DNA of 64,000 bases, taken from the NCBI GenBank assembly GCA_951406725.2, contig OX597814.1:127100001-127164000 (forward strand), written 5' to 3'. Positions 23,613-36,176 of this stretch are shown piece after piece. The notes under the pieces are model-generated. The model did not search any database. It saw only the letters and a program-made list of their open reading frames with translations, and was not told the DNA's origin. The first letter of the stretch is position 1; each line of letters opens with the position of its first letter. The position numbers and the translations under genes were made by a program. This stretch comes from Octopus vulgaris (Eukaryota).

Positions 23613-26600
23613 GTATACTTGCATTACTATCTGTTACCTGTTCAAGCAACTGCTTCTCATGGCATATATTTTCCTTGAATAGTAATTTAGAAAATGCTTT
23701 TCCAATATATAATCCCTCCTTACCTTCTTTGACAAGCATACTGTTTACCCCACTTAACTAATTATCTCTCTCTCTCCTTATTCTTCAGTATTAATCCTTT
23801 ATTTTCAATATTCACATATATTGGTGTATTTTTGTTTTTTTATATTTTATTTTTAACATAATGGTTTAAGATTATGGTGTTACAGTTTTTTTTTTTGTTA
23901 AACAGTTTTTTATATTAACTTGTTTATTTTGAATAAATCTTTAAGTATCTAATACGTGTAATATAATATTTTCCGTGCTTGTTTAAATAAAATGTAGGAG
24001 AAGTTATACATGCATTTATCTTGATGAATACATAAAAATAAATTTCTGAAGCAATTGATGTGGTCATATCCTCTGAACTGGCCATTCTTATTTTCCCATC
24101 CTTAAATTACATTTAAGAACTGTGGATTGACAAACCTAGTTAGCAGCGGAGAAAATACCCTGCAGTATTTTAGATCTACATTTTCAGTTCAAAATCCCAT
24201 CTGGATTTGTTTTTTATACTTCCAGATTTAATAAAATGAGTAGCAGTCAATTACTGGAGTCTATTGCAATCAATGTTTTTCTCACTAATTTGTGATCTTG
24301 TAACCATATTTTAAATTATATCACAAATATGGCTTTGTGGCTATATTATGAATTTATTGCTAATGTTATGGATGTAGTTGGCAGATTTGATAAGAGTGTC
24401 AGACCAAATGCTTTGTAATATTTAACTACAAGGATTTATTTTCTGAGTTCAGTTCCCACTGATGTCAGTTTTACCTTTCATCTTTCTGTTTGTTCCTACT
24501 TATCTCTATGTAAGAAATCAATATTTATTACAAATGTATATTATATAAGTTACTATGCTGGTGTTGACCAATTGGAATCTCATGTTATCATTCTTGTTAT
24601 AATAAAATTTTTAATTAGAATTTTACTTTAAATAAGGATACTTTAGTGCGGGTAGTGTCAGATGGTTTGGTATCTTTCTTCTGCTCAGAATCCTATAGTT
24701 TTTTCACAGTGCCTTGATGTTACAATTTTTCTTTACTTCATTGAATATATTATTGTATGTTATTTGAACACTAAATACATAAGTTGATAACTGTTAATAC
24801 TGTAACCTCCTTAACTTTAGAATTATTTAAGAATATATAAGAAAGACTTTAGGCATACATGGCTGGTAATTGTGCTGTTTAGAACTATATTTAATTTTAT
24901 TTTTTGACTGAAGTTGTCTCCAGAACAGTGTGTTAAATTCACTTAAAACCCTCAAAATCAACCTGTGCTAAATGAGAGATGTATGCAAATTAGTTCCAAC
25001 ATTAGTCTCTTAGTATGCCCTGAAAATTTTATGTTAGTTACCTATTTTTATTGTTCTGACCACTAGTATTTCAACTTCACTTCATTTACCTCATCTAGTT
25101 GATTCTGTTTAACTTTATTCTGAACAATTCCATTATTCACTTAATAGCATATATTTTCAAAACCCCAAATTATTTAGTCTCAAATCTGCATAAAATTCAC
25201 TGATTATTTGCCAGTTCTTCATTTTAAAAAATAGGTAAATGTAGTATGAAACTGAATATTTAATTTCTTTGGTATGCATACCAAATTCTGGGTGCTCCCA
25301 GTTTCTTGACTTAAAGTGATAGCTCTCAGTATTTCATATTTACAAATATTATCTTCATATTTTATTCACATTTCACTCTGAAGGGTGTTGAATGGGTTGT
25401 CATGATCTAAGTTAGTTCATTTTTGGAATTACTGTCCTCTTAGAAGGATCAGAGGACCATGTCTTGTTCATGTATTCTATTTTTGGCATGGTTTCTTAGG
25501 TTAGCTGCCTTTCTTAAAAACCAACCACTTTACAGTATTTACGGGATACATTTTGTAGTGGCTCCAGCACTAGAGGGGTTGTCATAACCTCAAGAGGACA
25601 AAACATTTTGGTTCTCTGGATCTTATGTTATCTCTGCTGATTCACCAACAACTTAAATGAGTGTATTCATTTAATGTGAAGTTGTCTTGTCCTCCACAAG
25701 ACAAAAGAGTCCTTACTATTACTCTGTGATGTATTTGTCCATTCAAGGTTATGTGAACAAGATAGTGAGTAGAAAAGAGGAGAATTGTAGATGAGCTAGG
25801 GTGAGCAGAAGAAAGAAGTGAGAGTATGACGAGAAAAACAGGTTGATCAGGATGACAGGGTGGTAGAGAAGGAAGATGTGGAAGAGATAGGTCTAGGGTT
25901 AATGAAAGAGATGTATTAATGGCAGGATGTAATGATAGAGAGAAAGAGAGAGAGGGTGGTGGATATGGTTATTTGTAGAAATGGTTGAAAGTAAGAGAGA
26001 GCAATGGATTAAATAGCAAATGACTTGAGTAGGAGTGGTGGCCAGCAGTTCAGGTGAGCAAAAAGGAGCAGTATATTGGATACCAACAGATTTAATACAA
26101 ACTCTCATTACATAGGTATTGTATTGGCATGAAGAGAGGAGTGATATGGATGGTGGTAGATGGAAGGATTGAGTACGGGGAAATCTAGTGTTATTCTTCA
26201 TTACAAGTTTGGGAACTAATGTTAAGAGAGTTAAATATATTCAAGTTAGTCTTACCATTTCAATGAGTGAAAGACTAACAAAGTTTGGATTCTTGTATAC
26301 TATAAACTTATTTTTTAATTGTATTTAAGAATTTTTCCTTAAATAAATTTTTGAAGATAGTTCTGAATCAAATGGTGAATGGATGTCATTGTATTGTTTC
26401 TGTTATCATCTACATTAGCCTCTGATTGACCAATTTAAATTTTTCTTAACCTGCATGGCCTTAGTTATTGTCATTGAGTAACTGAAATTATGTGTAAGTC
26501 CTTGTTGGAGTGTATGAATTTGAGTTATGGAAGAATATCAGAGGGAGTTAAAAAAAAACCTTACATGGAACTAAATCTAATGATTGTCATAGTCATACTG

Positions 26601-26817
26601 ATACATATGAATAAAAAAAAAAGCAAACAAAAAAAAAACTAAGTTGAACATAAGTAAATTATGTGTACACAGTTGTTGTCTTATAAAATAATGAACTTGG
26701 CATTACTGAGCTCAGAACAAACCCATATATTACTTTCTAGTCCTTATAAGGCATATGGATCAATGTTTATGTCATATTTATTAAGAATAGCTTAATGGGG
26801 AAATAAAAGTAAGAAGA

Positions 26818-27640
26818 ATGGCTGTTAAGAGAAAAGGAAATGTCTTGTTAACTGCTGACAAGTATGAAATAGTTACTCTACTTGATCAAGTGTCTCAGAC
26901 AAACGTGGTAAAATAATTGGGGTTTTTCCTCCAAGCTATGAAAGAAGAAATTATTGCAGCTTATCAATTTAAAGCAAATCGAAACAGAAATGTAGAGATC
27001 TGGAAAAGATGAGGAATTATCGTAATAATTCATCACTGTTAAACCCAGAGACATTCAGTTATCTAGACTAATCCCGTCAGAGAAGGCCAAAGATTTAGCA
27101 GAGCATCTCAACAGGACTAAGTCTGACTCTGTGACTGGCTTGTTGTCTTGATGGAAAGTCAGACGTAACAGTGGATTCAAGAAGCTTCATGGCAAGAAGA
27201 AAGATGTAAATGTAAATATAGCTGATAATTGAGAATTTAAAGACATGCAGTCTAATAACATCCACAGTGCAAACAAACCTGGACTTTGAGGTGGTATTCT
27301 TGTACATGATATGGTGAAAAGAAGAGGATTTAAAGAAAGCAAAGGTAGTTTCAGTTTTGGGAATTATACCAACATGTCAAGAAGAGATGAAAGAGAATGA
27401 ATTACTATTAACTGGAAAAAAGTAAAAGATCCACATACTTCTGTGAATTATAAAACTAGTAGGAATGCTTAAATGAATGGATAAGTATTTACTATATGAT
27501 TTGGGGAATTTGCCAGAGAGGTGACCCAAAAGAAGAGAAACTGGTGTATTGCTTGTTGACAGTTGCACAGCCCATATTACAGTTGCAAATCTTAAATGTA
27601 TCAAACTACTGTTTCTTCCATTAAACACATTACAAAGCTT
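26818..27640 (+). mobile_element. Pogo/Tigger-like DNA transposon remnant
   Basis: MAVKRKGNVLLTADKYEIVTLLDQ (CENP-B/psq-type HTH start) and GVLLVDSCTAH...NLKCIKLLFLPLNT (DDE_1-like); heavily disrupted. Confidence 0.7.
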
Positions 27641-27729
27641 TGAAATCATTATATAGAGTGGCCTTCATCTGAAAGCTGTGTTTTTTTTTTTTCTCTTTCA
27701 CATTGATGGTCATCTAGAAGCAAAAGCAA

Positions 27730-27993
27730 ATGACCTCTCGTGCTGGTGGCACATAAAAAGCACCATTCGAGTGTGGTTGATGCCAGTACTGCCTGACTGG
27801 ACCTCATGCCGGTGGCACGTAAAAAGCACCCACTACATTCTTGGAGTGGTTGGCATTAGGAAGGGCATCCAGCTGTAGAAACCTTATCAGATTAGATTGG
27901 AGCCTGGTGTAGCCTCCTGGCTTGCCAGTCCTCAGTCAAACTGTTCAACCCATGCCAGCATGGAAAGAGGACATTAAATAGTGATGATGATGA
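27730..27993 (+). repeat. RTE 3'-tail repeat
   Basis: Two tandem units, conserved tail and (GAT)n. Confidence 0.9.
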
Positions 27994-28471
27994 ATAACTG
28001 TTTATCACATTCATGGAAAATAATGCAAGGTCGCAAAAGATATTTTGTCATGGTGTTTGGACCTTAAATTAACATGAAATTTCTATGGATGGTTTGAATT
28101 TAGATCATTTTAGGCAAGAAGTGTGTATCATAGAACCAGGGACAGTTTCATGTGAGTGTGTATCAATCAGTAGCAACTAGAAGTCATGAACAATTAAAGA
28201 TCACAAAATTTATCAGCTGGATTAAAAATTTCATGTTTGTGTAACTACATATTTATCTCTTGTTGAGTCTTGCACAGGAAGGAAATGGATTAAAACATAT
28301 ATTTGAACAAATGAAACTTTAGAAAATGTAAGAAATAATTTATTGTTTTGGTGTCAAGAAAATTTGTTGTAGATCAATTAAATACATCATTTGAAGTTGA
28401 TCTGTAATAATTTTCCAATTCATCAAATCAATAAATATTGTAGTTCGCTTGAAGCATTGTCTATTGTTTGT

Positions 28472-28684
28472 AAAGAATAAAAAGTTTTGAATGGTACAAC
28501 AATATACTATAATATAGACAATGGCCTATATACCTGTTGTAATTTAGTCAAACATAGTCTGATATGATATTTCGGAATAATATTTCTTCTTCAGATATTC
28601 TTAGATATCTAAATTACAACAGGTATATAGCCCATTGTCTATATTATTATGCATTGTTGTACCATTGAAAACTTTTTATTCTTT
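28472..28684. repeat. Foldback inverted repeat, arms about 75 bp
   Basis: 28472-28547 is the near reverse complement of 28609-28684. Confidence 0.85.
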
Positions 28685-30763
28685 TCAATAAATATTTTTT
28701 CTTGCTACTTCAAACCAACATTTCTTCATGTTTAACCCCTTTTGTTACCATATTTCTATTGAAATACACAGACTTTGTTACATTATCTTGCTTATTTTAT
28801 CAATATTAAAGGAGAATGAAAGGTAGTCAACTGGGGATAAAAAGAAGAAACTAGCACAGATTGAAATATAACCTTTGTTGTGCCACTCAACAACCTGTTA
28901 TTTCCATTAACAGTGACTAATGTCCTCTAATATCTATAGAATAATTCTTGTAGCTTTGATTAACATAAAAAGCAAAACATTACAGCTTCATTTCATCACT
29001 GACTTCCTTCTCCTTCTCTTCTGAAAAAATTGCTATCCTCTGGTGTTTTATCAACCAACCACCTCTGTATGTCTGTCTGTTGTAAATCCTTCCTTGTCAG
29101 AATTACATTCCTCTCTTGCTTCTCTTATTTTAGCTGTCACAGCATTTATTATACTAATTTCTCTTACAATCTTTATACCCTGTAGTAGCTTTTACAACTT
29201 GTGAAAACAATCTTTTTACCACATGCAGCTACACATTAATTGAACCAACAAAGTAGTCCACTACATGATAGTTCAACAAGCTTGGAATATCAGTCAAATC
29301 TTCATCAAATTACATCCTACTGTTAAAAAAAGAAAAGGAAGGGCACTCTTGATAATGATACTCATTGTGTCTAAAAAAAAAATAGGTGGTGGGTTGGTTA
29401 TTGTTGGAATGTATTAAATCATATGCCTGTCCTTTCAGAGCTGTGGGTTTTAAAAACAACAGTAATACACTAAATTATGGGGCAAGACCCTTATATGGAC
29501 CCTATAGGAAGCTACATTAAATTATAGACGAGGTGTTTCTTATTTAATGTATGATGGTATATTTGTTTTTCTCTTCATACATCACACAACCCACGTAACA
29601 CTGCACTTGTGTTGTACAGCATCGTGAAGAATGTGCATCTAAATGGTCAGTCAAGCTGTTAGAAATGTCAGCCAAATCTCCTTTGAATTGCATCCTGCTA
29701 TTTTCAGTGTAGGAAGGATACATTGGATAATGCAATCCTGTACTATGTTTGAAAATAAGATAAGATTATCATGTTTGAATTGCCTTGCATTCTATAAGTC
29801 ATCTCAATCAGAGCAGACTTGAGACTATACAATATCAGCAACAGCAGACCCAGCATGCCATATCTGCACCTTACTTGAGCTTGACCTTATTACTTACCAC
29901 CATTCTTTATATACCACCATTTTCTATATACACAAATCAAAAGTTGTACATTAATAATGTGGCTGAGGGGAAAATACCTTGAGTGAATGTTCTGCATACT
30001 AATTACAAATATGATTGAGTCTTACATATGAGCATTTAGTAGGTGAAATTGTTCTCTCAAGTGTGTTTGAAATCTAAAACCAACATTCAAGGAGCATAAC
30101 TTCTATAGGATCAGTTAATTGAAATTTTTGGACAATATTTCCCCCCCCCCCCCTACCTATGTAATAGTATTCTTTATCAGTTTATCAATTTATTCTATCT
30201 TGCCAACTGATTAGATTATGATTTACTCTGGTTTTAATAATACTGAAACATGTCCATTGCTTTTGCCAGTTGGCCTCTTAAAACCAGATCCTCTCAAAAT
30301 TGCAACAACTATATTGTCCTAATACTTTGATCAGCTGATTTTGTGGTGGTCACCTCCTTGGTTACTTGCATTAAATTCTAAACACTCCTGGAGGAAGTAT
30401 TTGTCTACTAATTGCTTGGATAATCTCAGTTAAACAAAGGTTTTTAAAATTTACTATATTATATCTGAGACTCTACCATTGTTTGCTACAGTCTCTATTA
30501 CCATAATAATGAAAGTTTCACCTACTTACCTAACCAACATCTATGATTATAGTTTAACTAAATATTTTCTCTTTGTCTTCACATATACATAACTCTATAC
30601 TGCATATATACATTTTGGCTGATTACACACATTTCAACTATATGCATGAATAACCACAGTAAGCATGCATCTCGACTGTATACATGCGTTTCTACTATAT
30701 ATATGCAACTCTAGTTTACATGCATCTCTGTAATGTATATGCATTTCTAAGTATCATATCTAC

Positions 30764-30803
<40 letters not shown>

Positions 30804-30804
30804 G

Positions 30805-31657
30805 TCAATGCCAGAACTGCCTGGCTCCTGTGCTGGTGGGACGTAAAAAGCACCATTCGAGCATGGTCGATGCCAGTTCCACCTGCCTGGCCCTCATGCT
30901 GGTGGCATGTAAAAAGCACCCACTACATGCTTGGAGTGGTTGGCATTGGGAAGGACACCCAGCTGTGGAAACCTTACCAAAACAGATTGGAGCCTGGTGC
31001 AGCCTCTTGGCTTGCCACTCCTCAGTCAAACTGTCCAACCCATGCCAGCATGGAAAGCAAATGTTAAGCTGATGATGATGTTATAATCATTGTTTCATCA
31101 TTCACTTTCATTGCTTGCATTGGTCAGATGAAATTTGAGGCAGCTTTTTTACAAGTGGATGCTCCTCTTGTTATCAAGTCTTTGTACATCAAAAATACTA
31201 CAAATATAAAACCTAGTTACAACATAAGCATTTCATTTCCACTCTATACACAAACCACAGCATTCCAGAACAACTACAATGCTATCCTCCCTACTCCTGC
31301 TCTATTATAACACTACTCTAATACCCCAGGACACTATAACCTTCATTCATTTTTAGATAAATGCAAGTCCATATATATATATAGGTTGATGCCAATGCTC
31401 CCCTCCCCAATTAACTCCTGTGCCAGTGACACGTAAAAAGGACCATCCGAATGTGGTTGATGCCAGTGCTGCCTGACTGGCTGTCGTGCTGGTGATGTGT
31501 AAAAAGCACCCACTGTACTCTCGGAGTGGGTTACGTTGTAGAAACCTTGTCAGATCAGATTGGAGCCTGGTGCAGCCTTCTGGCTTGCCAGTCTCATGTC
31601 AAACTGTCCAACCCATGCCAGCATGGAAAACGAACGTTAAGCAATGATGATGATGAT
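30805..31657 (+). repeat. Two RTE 3'-tail repeats (about 30805-31081 and 31385-31657)
   Basis: Each starts next to a (TA)n/(TG)n tract and ends in (GAT)n. Confidence 0.88.
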
Positions 31658-31899
31658 CTGCAATGATGATGATAATCTACACCCACAATGCTCATACCGC
31701 TTATATTTACAACACCCCAAACACTTCTATATATAATGCTTCCTCACTCCCCCCAGGAGAAGCAACAACCTTAACAATTCTAACATTTGAATGATGGTAA
31801 GTTAAAAACAAGAACAACTATTATGACGGCTGTTACCAAACAATCACGTGAACCTTCTTTTCAGGTGCTGAATAACATCTCTCCTTCCTGTGTTACCTC

Positions 31900-34800
31900 C
31901 CATATCTTTTTCCCAGTTTTCAGACTTGGCACTGTAAATGTAGGCACATTGAAAGGTAGGTCTAGCAAGATTGTAGAGATGCTTGAATGGAGACATGTTG
32001 ATGTATGTTGCATACAAGAGGTAAGGTGGAGAGGAGCTTCAGCCAGGGTCCTCACAAACAAAGCACATAGTGATGGAATAGGGGGTGTGGGCATATGTCT
32101 TGCAGAGGAATGGGTGGATAAGGTCATAGAGATAGTGAGGGTGTGTGATAGAGTATTTAAACTGAGGCTAGTCTTGCAGAATGGTATAGCTACAGTTATC
32201 TCTGCCTACATGGGTCTATCAAATGAAAAGAAAGAAACACTTTTATGATATTCTTCTGCAGGCTACCTCAAAGATGAGTGACAATGGTCTCATTTTTGTG
32301 GCTGGAGATTTTAATGGGCATGTTGGACACCAACCTGCTATCTTCCATGGTGTACATGGGGGCCATGGAGTTGATACCAGAAATGAAGAGGGAACTAGGC
32401 TCCTGGAGTTCTGTGTGATCTGCAACACCAACTTCAGGAAGCCAGCTAGTCACCTGATAACCTATCAATCAGGTGACTCTGCGAGCCAGATTAATTTCAT
32501 TCTTACCAGACAGTGGGATGCAAAGTTGCTCTTAAATACAAAGACCCTCCTGGTGAAGAATGTACCCCACAACATAGACTAGTTATTAGTGACTTTAGAC
32601 TCAAGGCCAGAAGGATGCCAAAAAGCAGACCAATCTGGAAAAGAAGGACTTGGAAGCTTAAGAACTCTTCACATGGTTAGAGATTTAGGGATATCTTTAC
32701 CTAGAACTTTGATAGGGAGGAGGAGCTACAGTCCTGTGACAGAAGGCAGCTGGGAATTCCTGCGAGACAGATTGCTGAGTGCCACAGACCAAATCTGTGG
32801 CTGTTGCAAAGTCTCTTCTGAACCTCTGTAACATGGTGGTGGGAAAATACTGAGATGCTTAAAATATCAGGTGGTGTAGGTTATGGTCTAGTCACTCAGA
32901 TTGTAAATCAGGTAGTTCGTGAAGGAGTCATACCCAATAACTGGTGATGCTTTAGATAGAAATAACTATAGGGGTATCAAATTATTGGAACAGATGATGA
33001 AAGTTACAGAGAGGGTCATAGCCCAACTAATTAGGGAGAGAGTTAGCCTAGATGAGATGCAGTTTGGTTTTGTGCCAGGTAGAATCACCACTGATGCTAT
33101 ATTTCTGGTAAGGCAAGTGCAGGAGAAATATCTAGCCAAAGATAAACATCTGTATTTAGCTTTTGTTGACTTGGAAAAAGCCTTTGATAGGGCCCTCTGA
33201 TTCCTTATCTGGTGGTCAATGAAGAAACTGGGGATAGACAAGTGGTTGGTAAGAGCTGTACAAGCCCTGTACAGGGATGCTGTCAGTAAGGTGAGGGTTG
33301 GCAATGAGTATAGCTCTGAGTAGAAGTAGGGGTTCACCAAGGATCAGTTCTCAGCTCCCTCTTATTCATTATAGTCTGTCAGGAAATAACAGAGGAATTC
33401 AAGACAGGCTGCCCCTGGGAGCTCCTCTATGTTGATGACCTTGCATTAATAGCCGAGTCACTGCTAAAACTAGAGACGAAGTTTAGGGTGTGAAAGCAAG
33501 GTCTAGAATCAAAAGGCCTTAGGGTCATCCTAGAAAGTCTTAGTAGGAAGGCTGTCAAACCACAATCCCCTTCAGGTAGATAGCCCGACTCAATCTCTGG
33601 AAAAGGCGTGGATAGAAACTCCATACGATGTACCCATTGTAAGCTATGGACACAAAAGGTGCAGCAATATCAAAGGAAAGTTAACTGGGTAAATAGTTTT
33701 TGTGTGTGGCAGATACACAGGGGCAGTAAACACTGAAAATGTGCAGACAACAGGTTCCATCACATGCCAGGGGGAGAAACTATAAGTAGTTAATAGCTTC
33801 CACTACCTAGGCGACCAAGTCTGTAGTGGGGGTGGTTGCTCTGAGATGGCAGCTGCTAGAATGAGAATAGCCTGGGCAAAGTTCAGAGAGCTCCTATCTC
33901 TGCTGGCAACTAAGGGCCTCTTGCTCAGGGAGAAAGGTAGACTGTGTGATGCATGTGTGTGAACTGCCATGCTACACAGCAGTGCAACATGGGCAATGAC
34001 TGCTGAAGACATGTGTAGGCTTGAAAGAAATGAAGCTAGTATGATCTGCTGGATGTGTAATGTCAGTGTGCATACATAACAGAGTGTAAAGCGCCTTGAG
34101 AGTTGGGCATGAGAAGCATCAAATATGGTGTGCAAGAGAGACGACTGCGCTGGTATGGTCATGTGTTACGTATGGATGAGGACAGCTGTGTGAAGAAGTG
34201 TCACATCCTAACTGTGGAAGAAGCCTATGGAAGAGGTAGACCCAGGAAGACATGGCGTGAGGTAGTGCAGCATAACCTTCGAACATTGGGCCTCACAGAG
34301 GCAATGACAGGTGACTGAGATCTTTGGAGATATGCTGTGCTTGAGAAGACCCGGCAACTAAAGTGAGATCGCAGCATGTCCGGCCCAGTTAAGTGTACCC
34401 CTGATGTGTTGTGCGATATGATATGCTTGAGAAGACGTGTTGAGTCTAGTAAAACCAATATCGTAGCTGTAGCCAGTGTCCCCTGACTGGCTCCTGTGCT
34501 GGTAGTACGTAAAAAACTCCATCGGAATGCAGTTGATGTCAGCGCCGCCTGACTGGGTTCCTGTGCTGGTGGCATGTAAAAAACACCATCCAAATGTGGC
34601 CGATGCCAGTGCTCCCTGACTGGCTTTTGTTCCAGTGACAGGTAAAAAGTACCGACTAAACGTGGCTGATGCCAGTACCCTCTGACTGGCCCCTGTGCCG
34701 GTGGCATGTAAAAAGCACTATTCGAACATGATCGATACCAGGCCTTCCTCACTGGTTCCTGTGCCGGTGGCATATAAAGAGCACCCACTACATTCTCAGA

Positions 34801-34948
34801 GTGGTTGGCGTTAGGAAGGGCATCCAGCTGTAGAAACATTGCCTGAGCAGATTGGAGCCTGGTGCAGCTGCTAGCTCTCCAGACCTCAGTCAAACCATCC
34901 AACCCATGCCAGCATGGAAAGCAGACATTAAATGATGATGATGGTGAT
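31900..34948 (+). mobile_element. RTE-clade LINE, near full-length but decayed (APE endonuclease + RT + 3' UTR with tandem units + (GAT)n tail)
   Basis: ORF pieces FRLGTVNVGTLKGR...DVCCIQEVRWRG, FVAGDFNGHVG, NYRGIKLL...QFGFVPGR...FVDLEKAFDR, PWELLYVDDL and RRLRWYGHVLRM...GRGRPRKTW; frameshifts, stops and an internal deletion near 32845. Confidence 0.95.
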
Positions 34949-35419
34949 ATATATATATATATATATCGAGAGAGAGAGAAGGATCTGTGTTTTTGTGTGT
35001 GCAAGAGCAACAGAAAATATCAGTGATGTTTTAAAATATTCATTCCTACTACTGTTTCACTAATTCTTTCCTAATATCATTCTGTAATTTTTAAGAAGTA
35101 TCTTAATTAAATATAAATCACAAAATAAAAAAGCATGCTGTACAATGTCTGCTTCAGTACAATTTCTGGACCTGTCAGATCCTATAGCACCATCCTACCT
35201 ATCCCAGCATAGGAGGCAGGTGTTAAATGATGATGATGATGATGATGATGATCTATATATGTATGCACACACACACAAAATCTGCAACATTGATAGCCTT
35301 CATTAATTCCAAACACTATTAAGTTGTACACACTAGAGCAGTGGTTCCTAACCTTGGGTTTGCAGACCCCTGGTGATCCTACTGAGGGTCAGTGAATTAA
35401 ATTCAAAACTTCATATATA

Positions 35420-35557
35420 TATATAAGAATTTTTTGCATAATAAGATAAAAAAACCAAGGCTGTATAGATAGAAGGTCTAGACATTCTATCTATAAATGC
35501 TATAATATCTATACAGCCTTGGTTTTTTTATCTTATTACGCAAAAAATTCTTATATA
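35420..35557. repeat. Near-perfect inverted repeat, 52-bp arms
   Basis: 35420-35471 vs 35506-35557, with one mismatch. Confidence 0.9.
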
Positions 35558-35699
35558 CAAACGTTGAACAACGTTGAACTCTTTATTCGCAATACTACCA
35601 AATCTGGAACTTAACTATAGTCTGTTTATAGCACTTATTCAGCATTACCTGACACCATTGGGTCTCAATGACACCATTATCTCTTTTATATATATATAT

Positions 35700-36176
35700 G
35701 GCCGATGCCAACGTCGCCTTGACTGGCTTCCGTGCCGGTGGCACGTAAAAAGCACCACCCAATCGTGGCCGTTGCCAGCCTACCCTGGCACCTAAAAAAA
35801 GCACCATCTGTACGTGGCCAATGCCAGTGCCGCCTTGACTGGCTTCCGTGCTGGTGGCACGTAAAAAGCACCAACTGATCATGGCCATTGCCAGCCTCCC
35901 CTGGCACCTGTGCCGGTGGCACGTAAAAAACACTGGCTTCCGTGCCGGTGGCACATAAAAAGCTCCAGCCGATTGTGGCCATTGCAAGCTTCCCCTGGCA
36001 CCTGTGCCGGTGGCACGTAAAAAGCACCCACTACACTCACGGAGGAAGGGCATCAAGCTGTAGAAACACTGCCAGATCAGACTGGAGCCTGGTGCAGCCT
36101 CCTAGCTTCCCAGACCCCGGTTGAACCGTCCAACCCATGCTAGCATGGAAAACGGACGTTAAACGATGATGATGAT
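35700..36176 (+). repeat. RTE 3'-tail repeat with about 6 tandem units
   Basis: Repeated cgtgccggtggcacgtaaaaagcacc, then the tail; low divergence. Confidence 0.92.

Noticed and set aside
31660-31900. HDV-like ribozyme at the RTE 5' end
   Set aside because: No nested double-pseudoknot pattern is discernible, and the 5' end looks decayed or missing.
34225-35010. 261-aa minus-strand ORF with repeated motifs
   Set aside because: It is an antisense translation of the RTE 3'-UTR tandem units; the same peptides appear at every repeat copy.
35700-36030. CRISPR-like array (conserved repeat with variable spacers)
   Set aside because: The spacers are homologous to each other, the array is part of a LINE 3' UTR, there are no cas genes, and the DNA is eukaryotic.
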